Shown here in pieces: positions 40,601 to 55,600 of a DNA stretch of 64,000 nucleotides (positions are counted from its first letter, which is position 1; each line of letters starts with the position of its first letter). Source of the DNA: Candidatus Latescibacterota bacterium. Lineage in GTDB: Bacteria > Latescibacterota > UBA2968. The stretch lies in assembly GCA_965204745.1 (NCBI GenBank), contig OZ242010.1:672001-736000 (forward strand). The letters are read 5' to 3'. A program made the translations under genes and the position numbers. The notes under the pieces were generated by a model. The model did no database searches. It worked only from the letters and a program-made list of their open reading frames with translations, and was not told the DNA's origin.

Positions 40601-43600
40601 CCATTCGCCGCATTCGTGCTTGCCGTTGCCGATACCGTGATCGTTGTCGCCGCACTCGATGCGCCGCTCAACTTTGCGGTCACTGTCGTCACGCCGCCAT
40701 CCTCTGAAATCGACGAGGACGACAGAATTAGAGATACCGTCGGCACACCCTCATCATCGGTAATCGTCAGCGTCGCGTTAGACGGATCAGACACACCGAG
40801 ACCACCGCTCGCTGAACCCGACACGGTCACGCTCTTGTTGTTCGGCTCATCTTGATTGTTGTTCACCGCCGTAATCGTCACGGTGCCACTACTCGTCGTC
40901 TGACCGGCCGCGATGGTCAGCGTTGTCGTATTGGACAACGTGAAATCGCCATTCGCCGCATTCGTGCCAGCCGTTGCCGATACTGTCACCGTCGTCGCCG
41001 CGCTCGATGTGCCGCTCAACTTCGCGGTCACTGTCGTCACACCGCCATCCTCTGAAATTGACGAGGGCGACAGAATTAGAGATACCGTCGGCGCACCCTC
41101 ATCATCGGTAAGCGTCAGCGTCGCGTCTGACGGGTCAGACACACCGAGGCCACCACTCGCTGAACCCGAGACCGTCACGCTCTTGTTCGGCCCATCTTGA
41201 TTGTTGTTCACCGCCGTAATCGTCACGGTGCCACTACTCGTCGTCTGACCGGCCGCGATAGTCAGCGTCTTGTCCGTGCTCAACGTGAAATCGCCTGCTA
41301 CCGCATTCGTGCTTGCCGAAGCAGAAACCGTGATCGTTGTCGCCGCGCTCGACGCGCCGCTCAACTTTGCGGTCACCGTCGTCACGCCGCCATCCTCTGA
41401 AATCGATGTTGGTGACAAAGTCAGAGATACCGTCGGTGTACCCTCATCATCGGTAATCGTCAGCGTCGCGTTAGACGGGTCAGACACACCGAGACCACCG
41501 CTCGCTGAACCAGATACCGTCACGCTCTTGTTCGGCTCATCTTTGTCGTTGTTCACCGCCGTAATCGTCACGGTGCCACTACTCGTCGTCTGACCCGCCG
41601 CGATGGTCAGCGTCTTATCCGTGCTCAACGTGAAATCGCCATCTACCGCATGCGTGCCAGCCGTTGCGGAAACCGTGATCGTTGTCGCCGCGCTCGATAC
41701 GCCGCTCAACTTTGCGGTCACTGTCGCCACACCGCCATCCTCTGAAATCGACGAGGGCGACAGAACCAGAGATACCGTCGGTGTACCCTCATCATCGGTA
41801 ATCGTCAGCGTCTCGTTAGAGGGGTCAGCCACACCGAGACCACCGCTCGCTGAACCCGAGACCGTCACGCTTTTGTTCGGCTCATCCTTGTTGTTGTTCA
41901 CCGCCGTAATCGTCACTGTCCCACTACTCGTTGTCTGCCCTGCCGCGATGGTCAGCGTCGCCGCGTTCGACAGCGTAAAATCGCCATTCGCCGCATTCGT
42001 GCTTGCCGTTGCCGATACCGTGATCGTTGTCGCCGCGCTCGATGTGCCGCTCAACTTTGCGGTCACTGTCGTCACTCCGCCATCCTCTGAAATCGACGTT
42101 GGCGACAAAATTAGAGATACCGTCGGCGCACCCTCATCATCGGTAATCGTCAGCGTCTCGTCAGAGGGGGCGGACACACCGAGACCACCGCTCGCTGAAC
42201 CAGATACGGTCACGCTCTTGTTCGACTCATCTTTGTTGTTGTTCACCGCCGTAACCGTCACGGTGCCACTACTCGTCGTCTGACCGGCCGCGATAGTCAG
42301 CGTCTTGTCCGTGCTCAACGTGAAATCGCCTGCCACCGCATTCGTGCCAGCCGTTGCGGTTACGGTGATCGTTGTTACCGCGCTCGATGTGCCGCTCAAC
42401 TTTGCGGTCACTGTCGTCACTCCGCCATCCTCTGAAATCGACGAGGACGAAAGAATTAGAGATACCGTCGGCGTTCCCTCATCATCGGTAATCGTCAGCG
42501 TCGCGTTAGACGGGTCAGCCACACCAAGACCGCCACTCGCTGAACCAGATATGGTCACGCTCTTGTTCGGCTCATCCTTACTGTTGTTCACCGCCGTAAT
42601 CGTCACGGTGCCACTACTCGTCGTTGATCCCGCCGCGATAGTCAGCGTTGTCGTATTGGACAGCGTGAAATCGCCAGCCACCGCATGCGTACCAGCCGAA
42701 GCAGAAATTGTGATCGTTGTCGCCGCGCTCGATACGCCGCTCAACTTTGCGGTCACTGTCGTCACGCCGCCATCCTCTGAAATCGACGAAGGCGACAGAA
42801 TTAGAGATACCGTCGGCAACCCCTCATCATCGGTAATCGTCAGCGTCGCGTTAGAGGGGGCGGACACACCAAGACCGCCACTCGCTGAACCCGACACGGT
42901 CACTGACTTGTTCGGCTCATCCTTGTTGTTGTTCACCGCCGTAATCGTCACGGTGCCACTACTCGTCGTTGATCCCGCCGCTATCGTCAGCGTTGTCGTA
43001 TTGGACAGTGTAAAATCGCCTGCTACCGCATTCGTGCCAGCCGAAGCAGAAATTGTGATCGTTGTCGCCGTGCTCGATGTGCCGCTTAACTTTGCGGTCA
43101 CTGTCGTCACACCGCCATCCTCTGAAATCGACGCGGGCGACAAAGTCAGAGATACCGTCGGCGTTCCCTCATCATCGGTAATCGTCAGCGTCGCGTTAGA
43201 TGGGTCAGCCACGCCAAGACCACCACTCGCTGAACCCGAGACCGTCACGCTCTTGTTCGGCTCATCTTGATTGTTGTTCACCGCCGCAATCGTCACGGTA
43301 CCACTACTCGTCGTCTGACCGGTCGCGATAGTCAGCGTCTTGTCCGCGCTCAATGTGAAATCGCCTGCTACCGCATGCGTGCCAGCCGTTGCCGATACCG
43401 TGATTGTTGTCGCCGCGCTCGATACACCGCTCAACTTTGCGGTCACTGTCGCCACACCGCCGTCCTCTGAAATCGACGCGGGCGACAGAATTAGAGATAC
43501 CGTCGGCGCACCCTCATCATCGGTAATCGTCAGCGTCGCGTCTGACGGATCCGACACACCAAGACCACCACTCGCTGAACCCGACACGGTCACGCTCTTG

Positions 43601-46600
43601 TTCGGCTCATCCTTATTGTTGTCGTTAGCCGTAATCGTCACGGTGCCACTACTCGTCGTCTGACCTGCCGCTATTGTCAGCGTTGTCGTATTGGACAGCG
43701 TGAAGTCGCCTGCTACCGCATTCGTGCTTGCCGTTGCCGATACCGTGATCGTCGTCGCCGCACTCGATACGCCGCTTAACTTCGCGGTCACCGTCGTCAC
43801 TCCGCTGTCCTCTGAAATCGACGAAGGCGACAAAATTAGAGATACCGTCGGCGTTCCTTCATCATCGGTAATCGTCAGCGTCGCGTTAGAGGGGTCAGAC
43901 ACACCGAGACCACCGCTCGCTGAACCCGAGACCGTCACGCTCTTGTTCGGCTCATCCTTACTGTTGTTCACCGCCGTAATCGTCACGGTGCCACTACTCG
44001 TCGTCTGACCTGCCGCGATGGTCAATGTCTTGTCCGTGCTCAGCGTGAAATCGCTATTCGCCGCATTCGTGCTAGCCGTTGCCGATACCGTGATCGTTGT
44101 CGCCGCGCTCGATACGCCGCTCAACTTCGCGGTCACTGTCGTCACACCGCCATCCTCTGAAATCGACGCGGGCGACAGAACCAAAGATACCGTCGGGGTG
44201 CCCTCATCATCGGTAATCGTCAGCGTCGCGTGAGACGGGGCAGCCACACCGAGACCACCGCTCGCTGAACCCGAGACCGTCACGCTCTTGTTCGGCTCAT
44301 CTTTGTTGTTGTTCACCGCTGAGATCGTCACGGTGCCACTACTCGTCGTTGATCCCGCCGCGATAGTCAGCGTTGTCGTATTGGACAGCGTGAAATCGCC
44401 AGCCACCGCATGCGTACCAGCCGAAGCAGAAATTGTGATCGTTGTCGCCGCACTCGATGCGCCGCTTAACTTTGCGGTCACCGTCGTCACTCCGCCATCT
44501 TCTGAAATCGACGTTGGTGACAGAATTAGAGATACCGTCGGCGCACCCTCATCATCGGTAATCGTCAGCGTCGCGTTAGACGGGTCAGCTACACCGAGAC
44601 CGCCACTCGCTGAACCTGACACGGTCACGCTCTTGTTCGGCTCATCTTTGTTGTTGTTCACCGCTGAGATCGTCACGGTACCACTACTCGTCGTCTGCCC
44701 CGTCGCGATAGTCAGCGTTGTCGTATTGGACAACGTGAAATCGCTATCTGCCGCATTCGTGCTTGCCGTTGCCGATACCGTGATCGTTATCGCCGCACTC
44801 GATGCGCCGCTCAACTTTGCGGTCACCGTCGTCACGCCGCCATCTTCTGAAATCGACGAGGACGACAGAATTAGAGATACCGTCGGCGTTCCCTCATCAT
44901 CGGTAATCGTCAGCGTCGCGTTAGACGGGTTAGACACACCGAGACCACCGCTCGCTGAACCAGAGACCGTCACACTCTTGTTCGGCTCATCCTTATTGTT
45001 GTTCACCGCCGTAATCGTCACGGTGCCACTACTCGTTGTCTGACCTGCCGCTATCGTCAGCGTCTTGTCTGTGCTCAATGTGAAATCGCCTGCTACCGCA
45101 TTCGTGCTTGCCGTTGCGGATACTGTCACCGTCGTTGCCGCACTCGAGGCGCCGCTCAACTTTGCGGTCACCGTCGTCACTCCGCCATCCTCTGAAATCG
45201 ACGTTGGTGACAGAATTAGAGATACCGTCGGTGTACCCTCATCATCGGTAATCGTCAGCGTCTCGTCTGACGGGTCCGCCACACCGAGACCACCACTCGC
45301 TGAACCCGACACGGTCACGCTCTTGTTCGGCTCATCTTGATTGTTGTCGTTAGCCGTAATCGTCACGGTGCCACTACTCGTCGTTGATCCCGCCGCGATA
45401 GTCAGCGTTGTCGTATTGGACAGCGTGAAGTCGGACGCCACCGCAGGTGCCACTGGCGTTGCCGATACCGTGATCGTTGTCGCCGCGCTCGATGTGCCGC
45501 TCAACTTTGCGGTCACCGTCGTCACACCGCCATCCTCTGAAATCGACGAGGACGACAAAACTAGGGATACCGTCGGTGTACCCTCGTCGTCCGTAATCGT
45601 CAGCGTCGCGTCAGAGGGGTCAGCCACACCGAGACCACCGCTCGCTGAACCCGATACGGTTACACTCTTGTTCGGCTCATCTTTGTTGTTGTTCACCGCC
45701 GTAATCGTCACTGTCCCACTACTCGTCGTCTGACCTGCCGCGATAGTCAGCGTCGCCGCGTTCGACAGCGTGAAGTCGGTCGCCACCGCAGGTGCCACCG
45801 GCGTTGCGGTCAAGGTGATTGTTGTCGCCGCACTCGATACGCCGCTCAACTTTGCGGTCACTGTCGTCACGCCGCCATCCTCTGAAATCGACGCGGGCGA
45901 CAAAATTAGAGATACCGTCGGTGTCCCCTCATCATCGGTAATCGTCAGCGTCGCGTTAGACGGGTCCGCCACGCCGAGACCACCGCTCGCTGAACCAGAC
46001 ACGGTCACGCTCTTGTTCGGCTCATCCTTGTTGTTGTTCACCGCTGAGATCGTCACGGTGCCACTACTCGTCGTTGATCCCGCCGCGATAGTCAGCGTTG
46101 TCGTATTGGACAACGTGAAATCGCCAGCCACCGCATGCGTGCCAGCCGTTGCCGATACCGTGATCGTTGTCGCCGCGCTCGATGCACCGCTTAACTTTGC
46201 GGTCACTGTCGTCACTCCGCCATCCTCTGAAATCGACGAGGGCGACAGAACCAACGAAACCGTCGGCAGACCCTCATCATCTTGGATAGTCAACGTCACG
46301 TCTGACGGATCCGCCACGCCGCTCGTGCCGCTCGCTGTCGCCGACACGGTCACCGATTTGTCCGGCTCATCTCGATTGTTGTCCACTGCCGCTATCGTTA
46401 CCGTCCCAGTGCTCGTCGTCTCTTCCGCCGCGATGGTCAGTGTCTTGTCCGTGCTCAACGTGAAATCGCCATTCGCCGCATTCGTGCCAGCCGTTGCAGA
46501 AACCGTGATCGTTGTCGCCGCGCTCGATGCACCGCTCAACTTTGCGGTCACTGTCGTCACGCCGCCATCCTCTGAAATCGACGCGGGCGACAAAATCAGA

Positions 46601-49600
46601 GATACCGTCGGTGTCCCCTCATCATCGGTAATCGTCAGCGTCGCGTCAGAGGGGGCGGACACACCGAGACCACCGCTCGCTGAACCCGATACGGTCACAC
46701 TCTTGTTCGGTTCATCTTTGTTGTTGTTCACCGCCGCTATCGTTACCGTCCCACTACTCGTCGTCTGACCTGCCGCGATAGTCAGCGTTGTCGTATTGGA
46801 CAGCGTGAAATCGCCATCTACCGCATGCGTGCCAGCCGTTGCGGAAACCGTGATCGTTGTCGCCGCGCTCGATGTGCCGCTCAACTTTGCGGTCACTGTC
46901 GCCACGCCGCCATCCTCTGAAATCGACGTTGGTGACAGAATTAGAGATACCGTCGGCGCACCCTCATCATCGGTAATCGTCAGCGTCTCGTCAGAGGGGG
47001 CGGACACACCGAGACCACCGCTCGCTGATCCCGAAACAGTCACGCTCTTGTTCGGCTCATCCTTATTGTTGTTCACCGCCGTAATCGTCACGGTGCCACT
47101 ACTCGTCGTTGATCCCGCCGCTATTGTCAGCGTTGTCGTATTGGACAATGTGAAATCGCTATCCGCCGCATTCGTGCCAGCCGTTGCCGATACCGTGATC
47201 GTTGTCGCCGCACTCGATACGCCGCTCAACTTCGCGGTCACCGTCGTCACGCCGCCATCCTCTGAAATCGACGAAGGCGACAGAATTAGAGATACCGTCG
47301 GTGTACCCTCATCATCGGTAATCGTCAGCGTCGCGTTAGATGGGTCAGACACACCAAGACCACCGCTCGCTGAACCCGACACGGTCACGCTCTTGTTGTT
47401 CGGCTCATCTTGATTGTTGTTCACCGCCGTAATCGTCACGGTGCCACTACTCGTCGTCTGACCCGCCGCTATCGTCAGCGTTGTCGTATTGGACAGCGTG
47501 AAATCGGTCGCCACCGCAGGTGCCACTGGCGTTGCGGTTACGGTGATCGTTGTCGCCGCACTCGATACGCCGCTTAACTTTGCGGTCACCGTCGTCACAC
47601 CGCCATCCTCTGAAATCGACGTTGGCGACAAAATTAGAGATACCGTCGGCGTTCCCTCATCATCGGTAATCGTCAGCGTCGCGTTAGACGGGTCCGCCAC
47701 GCCGAGACCACCGCTCGCTGAACCAGACACGGTCACGCTCTTGTTCGGCTCATCCTTGTTGTTGTTCACCGCTGAGATCGTCACGGTGCCACTACTCGTC
47801 GTCTGACCGGCCGCGATGGTCAGCGTCTTGTCCGTGCTCAACGTGAAGTCGGTCGCCACCGCAGGTGCCACTGGCGTTGCCGATACCGTAATCGTTGTCG
47901 CCGCGCTCGATGTACCGCTCAACTTTGCGGTCACCGTCGTCACACCGCCATCCTCTGAAATCGACGAGGACGAAAGAATTAGAGATACCGTCGGCGCACC
48001 CTCATCATCGGTAATCGTCAGCGTCATGTTAGACGGGTCAGCCACACCGAGACCACCACTCGCAGAACCCGATACCGTCACGCTCTTGTTCGGCTCATCC
48101 TTGTTGTTGTTCACCGCCGTAATCGTCACGGTACCACTACTCGTCGTCTGACCTGACGCGATGGTCAGGGTCTTGTCCGTGCTCAACGTGAAATCGCCAT
48201 CTGCCGCATTCGTGCTTGCCGTTGCCGATACCGTGATCGTCGTCGCCGCACTCGATACGCCGCTCAATTTCGCGGTCACTGTCGTCACACCGCCATCCTC
48301 TGAAATCGACGTTGGTGACAGAACCAAAGATACCGTCGGTGTACCCTCATCATCGGTAATCGTCAGCGTCGCGTTAGAGGGATCAGCCACACCGAGACCA
48401 CCGCTCGCTGAACCAGACACGGTCACACTTTTGTTCGGCTCATCCTTATTGTTGTTCACCGCCGTAATCGTCACGGTACCACTACTCGTCGTCTGACCGG
48501 CTGCGATAGTCAGCGTTGTCGCATTGGACAGCGTAAATCGCCATTCGCCGCATGCGTGCCAGCCGTTGCCGATACCGTGATGGTCGTCGCCGCGCTCGAT
48601 ACGCCGCTTAACTTCGCGGTCACCGTCGTCACTCCGCCATCCTCTGAAATCGACGAGGACGACAAAGTTAGAGATACCGTCGGCAGACCCTCATCATCGG
48701 TAATCGTCAGCGTCGCGTCTGACGGGTCCGACACACCGAGACCACCACTCGCTGAACCCGATACGGTCACACTTTTGTTCGGCTCATCTTGATTGTTGTC
48801 GTTAGCCGTAATCGTCACGGTGCCACTACTCGTCGTTGATCCCGCCGCGATAGTCAGCGTTGTCGTATTGGACAGCGTGAAATCGCCTGCTACCGCATGC
48901 GTGCTTGCCGTTGCAGAGACCGTGATCGTTGTCGCCGCGCTCGATGTGCCGCTTAACTTCGCGGTCACCGTCGCCACACCGCCGTCCTCTGAAATCGACG
49001 AAGGCGACAGAACCAAAGATACCGTCGGCAGCCCCTCGTCATCGGTAATCGTCAGCGTCGCGTTAGACGGGTCAGCCATACCAAGACCGCCACTCGCTGA
49101 ACCCGATACGGTCACGCTCTTGTTTGGCTCATCCTTATTGTTGTTCACCGCTGAGATCGTCACGGTGCCACTACTCGTCGTCTGCCCCGCCGCTATCGTC
49201 AGCGTTGTCGTATTGGACAGCGTGAAGTCGGACGCCACCGCAGGTGCCACTGGCGTTGCGGTTACGGTGATCGTTGTCGCCGCGCTCGATGCGCCGCTCA
49301 ACTTTGCGGTCACTGTCGCCACACCGCCATCTTCTGAAATCGACGAGGGCGACAGAACCAACGAAACCGTCGGCAGGCCCTCATCATCTTGGATAGTCAA
49401 CGTCACGTCTGACGGATCCGCCACGCCGCTCGTGCCGCTCGCTGTCGCCGACACGGTCACCGATTTGTCCGGCTCATCTCGATTGTTGTCCACTGCCGCT
49501 ATCGTTACCGTCCCAGTGCTCGTCGTCTCTCCCGCCGCGATAGTCAGCGTCGTCGCGCTCGACAGCGTGAAATCACCCGCCGCCGATACCGTCAGTGTCA

Positions 49601-52600
49601 AAGCCTCGCTCGACGCATGATCCAGTGTCGCGGTCACTGTCGCCGAAGTTGTCGTGCCGCGCTCGTCAATCGTCGATGGCGTCAGCACCAAAGTCGCCGT
49701 CGGCGTCGCCTCGTCGTCCGTCAGCGTCAGTGCCACGCCAGTCACACTGCCTATGCCGTGGCCGTTCGTCGCTGTCCCGGACACGGTCGCGCTCCGGTTA
49801 CCCACATTGTCAAGGTCGTCATTCACCGCCGTGATCGTCACGCTGTCGGTGGTGTTCGACGTTTCGCCAGCCGCTATCTCAATCGTCGCGTCCGCCCCCA
49901 CCGTATAGCTCCCGGTCACTGCGGTCACAGTAACGGTTGTCGCCGCGCTCGACGCCCGAGAGAGCGTCGCCGTCACGGTCGTCACACCGCCATCCTCTGC
50001 TATCGCGCCATCTGCCACCGCTAGCGTCACCGCGGGCGCGGCATCGTCGTCGGCAATGGTCAGCGTCACATCCGACGGGGCAGTCACGGCCGCGTTGCCG
50101 CTCGTGCCCGCCACGGTCACCGTCTTATCCGGCGCATCCACCTCGTTGTCCACCGCCGCTATCGTCACCGTCCCAGTACTCGTCGTCCCTCCCGCCGCGA
50201 TAGTCAGCGTCGCCGCGCTCGACAGCGTGAAGTCGGTCGCCACCGCAGGCGCTACCGGCGTCGCGGTCACGGTGATCGTCGTCGCCGCGCTCGATGCCTT
50301 GTCCAGTTTCGCGGTCACTGTCGCCGAAGTTGTCGTACCGCTCTCGTCGATCGTCGATGGCGTCAGCACAAGCGTTGCAATGGCCTTGTCGGCTACGGTC
50401 ACGTCGAAGGTCAGCGACGCGGTATCGCCATCTCTATCGGTGGCTGTCCAAGTGTATTCGGTCTCTGCCGAGGTCACAGTCGGCGTGCCGGAGACCACGC
50501 GGGTGGTCGCATTTCGGATCACGCCAGTCGGCAACGCGGGCGACAGCGTGTACGTGAGGCTGCCATCGCCGCCGGTCGCTTCGGGCAAGGCGAAGGAATC
50601 GATCTGCACATCCTTGATCCAATTATGATCGGCAATCGCCGCGTCGCCAAAACTCGGCAGAGCATCTACGCTGATGGTGAACGTCAGCGTCGTAGCATCC
50701 CCATCGCCGTCCGTGGCTGTCCACGTATAGGTCGTCAACGCCTTGGCCGCCGTCGGCGTGCCGGAGACTTCGTGGGTGGCGGCATCCCGCACCACGCCGC
50801 TGGGCAACTCGGGCGACAGCGCGTAGGTCAACGCGCCATTGCCGCCGGTCGCCGCCGGCAGGGTGAATGCGGTGATGAGCACATCCTTGATCCACGATTT
50901 GTCATCCACTGTGGCACTGAACGACGGCGTTAAGTCCGCGGCAACGGCCACGGTGAACGTCAGCGTCGCCGCATCGCCATCGATGTCCGTGGCCTTCAGG
51001 GTGTAGGTCGCTTGGGCCGCGGCAACGGTCGGCGTCCCGATAAGTGCGCCGCCCTCGGCCGCGTTTCTGGACTGCTGATACGTGAGCCCGGCGGGCAGGG
51101 TCAAGTTGGTCGCAGTGCCCGGCCCGGACAGGGCGTAGGTCAACGCGCCATTGCCCCCCATGGCCGCGGGCAAGGTAACCGTGCCGATAGGCGTGTTCTG
51201 AATGTAGTTCTGGGCAGTCCAAGTGTTGGGGTTGAAGGCCGGGATGGCGTCTGCTTGCACCTCTATCGTAAAAGTGAGCGAAGCCGCGTCGCCCTCGGCA
51301 TCGGTAACCGTCAGCTTGTAGGTCTGCGCGGCTGCGGCTGTGGTGGGCGTGCCGGCAATCGTGCCGCCGTTGGTCGTGCCGGTGGGCTGGGTGTACGTAA
51401 CGCCCGCGGGCAGGGTCAAGCTAGTCGTCGAAGTGCCCGGCCCGGACAGACCGTAGGTCAACTCGCCATTGCCCCCCATGGCCACGGGGAGCGCGACCGC
51501 CGGCGAGATGGGCACATTCTCGACATAGAGTTGCGCGGGGAAGGTCGAACCGAACGTCGGAACCGAGTCCTCGACGATTTCGATAGTGAAGCTCAAGGAC
51601 CCGCTGTCGTTATCCGAGTCCGTCGCGGTCAATTGGTACTGTGCTTGGCGCGTCACCGCAGTCGGCGTGCCGGTAATCGTGCGCGTGCTCGGCGTGAACG
51701 TGAGCCCAGCGGGCGGACTGGTGGGCATGGAGTATGTCAGGGTGCCCTCGCCAGTGGCCGCGGGCAACCGGTACCTGACCGGTTCCCGAACCGTCCAGCG
51801 CAAGGCCGGCACGACGGCCCCGCGAAACACCGGAATCGACTCCACCCGGTAATCGACCTTGTGCCCGGCCTGATTGCCCAAGCCCCCAAAGGTCCGAGAC
51901 GCATCTTGACCGCCCAGGTCCCGAATGGTGCCGCCGGTCAGCGGATTGGCGGGAATACTGATGCCGTCGGTATCTAAATCCGGCGACTGCACTGTATAGA
52001 CAAAAGAATGTTGAGTGCCGTGATTGAGAGCACCGCTTGCGTACCGCGTCTGACCGCCGATGTTCATCGCCAAATTGACGACACTGCTGGCGCTCACCAG
52101 CTTGCCAAACCAGACCTGTAACTGAATCCTCTCGCCATTGCCGTAGGTTTGGCGTTGGCGGGGGCGCGAGACGAAGAAGATGCTCTGGATTAGGGCCGGA
52201 TGGTTGACGCTACCGTCAACCAGGTAGGAGAACGTGCGGTTGCCAACGGACAGGCGGGCATTGCCGTTGGTCGCCGCGGCTCGGATGCTGCCGCCGTTGA
52301 GGGTCAAGGCGTTGTCCGCGATGCTAATGCCGTCGGTGTCCCGATCCGACGACTGCACGGTATAGCGGAATATCGTGTGAGTGCCCGTCCTACCGCGATA
52401 AGTCAGTTGCCGCTTATAGGTGCCGATAGTCAACGCGAGTTGGGGCGAACCGCTGACGTTCACCGGCACACTGAAATGCACATGTGCATCGATGTATTCG
52501 TGTACATCGAACGAATTGTTGTATTGCGGGGCAGAGATCGAGACGCGCGTCACGCTCGGCAGGCGGCTTTCGCTGCCATCGACCTTGTGCGCCGAGGCGT

Positions 52601-55600
52601 TGGTTATCGCATGGCTGCCCAGTCCGAGGGCCGCGGCATTGTCGTTGGCCGCCCCCACAATGCTCCCGCTCAGCGCGCCCGCCGCGATGCTGATGCCGTC
52701 GGTGTCCGCGTCCCCGGGCTGCACCGGATACATAAAACCTAACGCATTGCGTCCGCTGGCCACATTCTGGCTACCGGGCACCCACGCTTGGCGCGTATAA
52801 GTGCCGATGCTCAATGCCAGTTGCGGATTGCCGCTGAATTTCACCTTGTCGCTAAACGACACCGCCACATAGACGGTCTCGCCGATGATGTATTCGCCGT
52901 TGGCATGGGGATGACCCGTGAACCGCACGCCGGTTACTGTCGGTCGCCGCCCGTCGACCTTGTGGCCTATGGCCGCGCTGATCGCGTGACTGCCGAGGTT
53001 GATGTTGGCATCCACGCCGCCGCTGCGAACAGTGCCGCGGCCACCGTTCAAGTCCAGCGCATTGGCGGCAATGCCGATCCCGTCGCTGTCGTAGTCGCCT
53101 TCCACTACCGTATAGCGAAACGTGTGGGTGGTGCTCGGCGGATCCGCAAGATATTCACGCGGGGCCTTGTTGATCGCCCGTCGCGTCGCGTTGCCGATAG
53201 TGAGATTCAAAAACGGAAAGCCGTTGTTGTTTCGAGTGTAGGTCCTGCGGCCTACCACCACCGCCTTGCTGAACGTGACCTGCACGGTGATGGTCGCGCC
53301 AATGTTGTAGGAGGTACCCCGAGACGGGCTAGAGGTGAACGACACGCCGGTTATGACCGCCGGATGGTTCACGCTGCCATTGACCTTGTGCCCGGATTGG
53401 TTGCCGAGCGCGAAGGTGCCCAGGCCGATTTGGGCGTCTTCGCCCTGGGCATTGCGGATGGTCACGCCAGAGGGCAGGGTCAGCGCCGAAGTCCCGATGC
53501 TAAGCCCGTCCGCATCCCGATCAGACGCCTGTACCGCGTACTCAAAGGCCATGGCCGTGCCGCTCCCCGGGACCATGCCGCGATAGGTGGCCTGCCGGGT
53601 ATAGCTGCCGATAGTCAACGCCAGTCGCGGCGAACCGTTCACCGCGGCCCCTTGGTTGAAGCGCACCTGTACGCGGATGACCTCGCCGAGGCTGTATTCG
53701 TTGGTCGTGGTGTTTTGCGGCCTGGAGACCAGACGCACGCCGGACACCTGAAAGGCGCGGGTCACGCTACCATCGACCTTGTGCGCCGACTGATTGCCCA
53801 AAGCGTAGATGCCCAAGCCGAGCACTGCGTTGTGCGTGCCCCCCCGGTTGCGGATGGTGCCGCCATTGAGCGTCAGGGCATTGGCCCCGATGCTGATGCC
53901 GTCGCTGTCCCGATCCGACGCCTGCACTGTGTAGCGGAACACCACAGAAGATCCCACCACACTGGCGTATGCCGCCTGCCGGGTGCTGCTGCCGATAGTC
54001 AACGCCAACTGCGGCGTGCCGGTGACCTTCACCGTCTTGTCGAACCGCACATAGACCGCGATCTCCTCGCTACGGGCATACGTACCATCGCGTAGCGGCG
54101 TCTGCGCGAGGGATACCCCGGTAACCGCGGGGCTTTCCCCGCTCACCTTGAGGGTGAAGGGCAGCGTATCTCTGTCGCCATTGGCGTCGGTCGCGATCAA
54201 GTTGTAACGGATCTGAGGCGAGGCATTCTGCGGCGTGCCGGAGAGGACAACCGTCTGGCGGAGACGACCATTGACAACGACCGCCCCGCGTCCGAGTCTC
54301 AGGCCGCTGGGAAGCGAGGGCGAGGTCGTATAGGCCAAGGGGGCGTCCCCAGTGGGTGATGCGGGCAAGTTATAGAGGGCCGCCATGCCGACCGTCAGCG
54401 CCAAGTTGGGACCCGTCGCCGAGCCAAAGTCCGGCCACTGCCCTTGCTTGCTGCCATCGACCTTGGCCGTGGTCACATTGGTCAGGATGTGGGTGCCGAG
54501 GTCGAGCACTGCATCTTCGGTATCCACGCCCCGAATGGTCGCGCTAGAGGGCAGGGTCAGCGCGTCCGCCGCGATGCTGATCCCATCGGTATCCGCATCT
54601 TCGGCCACGACGGTATAGGTGAAGTCAAGGGAGGCGGCTGGCGTGGAGGAGGCACTGGCAGTCGCCTGGCGCGTGTACGTGCCGATAGCGAGGGCCAGTT
54701 CCGGGCTGCCGGTCACCGTCACGGATTGATCGAACGTGACCCGCGCCGTGATCGTCCCGCCTCGGGTGTAGGTGTTGGCTTGTTGCGGCGTGGAGGAGAT
54801 GGACACGGCCGTGACCTTCGGCGGCGAGGACACCTTGTGGCCCGCCGAGTTGGCGATAGCCTGACTGCCCAAGCCGAGGATCGCGTCGGCATTGGCCGCA
54901 TCCCGCAGGGTCGCGCCAGAGGGCAGGGTCAGCGCGCCCGCCGCGATGCTGATGCCATCGGCGTCGTAGTCGGCTTTGGTCACCGTGTAGCTAAACCGAA
55001 AAATGGTGCGCTGGCCGTTGACGATGGGAGCAGTGTCTCCATCGACGGTGTACGCTGTGGCTTCGCGCGTGGAGGTGCCGATGGTGAGGGCCAGTTTGGG
55101 AGCGGCGGACGCCGTAACCAACTCCGAAAACCAAACACTCACATTGATAAATTCGCCCTCGCCGTACGCGTCCCCGGAGCTGGGATTGCTAATTATGTCC
55201 ACCCTTGTGATCGCAGGCAGTGCATTGCCGCTGCCGTCCACCTTGTGGCTCGGGTCGTTGGTGATGGCATGGCTACCGAGGCCCAGCGCGGCGTCGACGT
55301 TAGAGGCATCGCGGATCGTGCCGCCATTCAGGGTCAGCGCGCCGCTGCCGATAGTGATGCCGTCGTTATCCGCATCGGACGCCTGCACGAAGTATTGGAA
55401 TGTGTGGTAAGGATGGTTGAAGGTTGGGCTACCAACGTGGGTTGCTTGGCGCGTGGTGCCGCCGATAGTCAGTGCCAGTTGCGGCGTGCCGGTCACCGTA
55501 ACGAGTGGCGTGAACTCGATCCCTACCGCGATGGGCTTGCGCGGGTTGACAAAGTAGAAATTGTTGGCTCCGGGCCCCGGGTCGGACAAAAAGGTCACTT

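Noticed and set aside
36600-49700. Diversity-generating retroelement or shufflon
   Set aside because: No reverse transcriptase or adjacent invertase; variation is not adenine-specific and all units are direct, in-frame repeats
30248-50933. Many repeated plus-strand ORFs
   Set aside because: Antisense shadows of the repetitive giant gene
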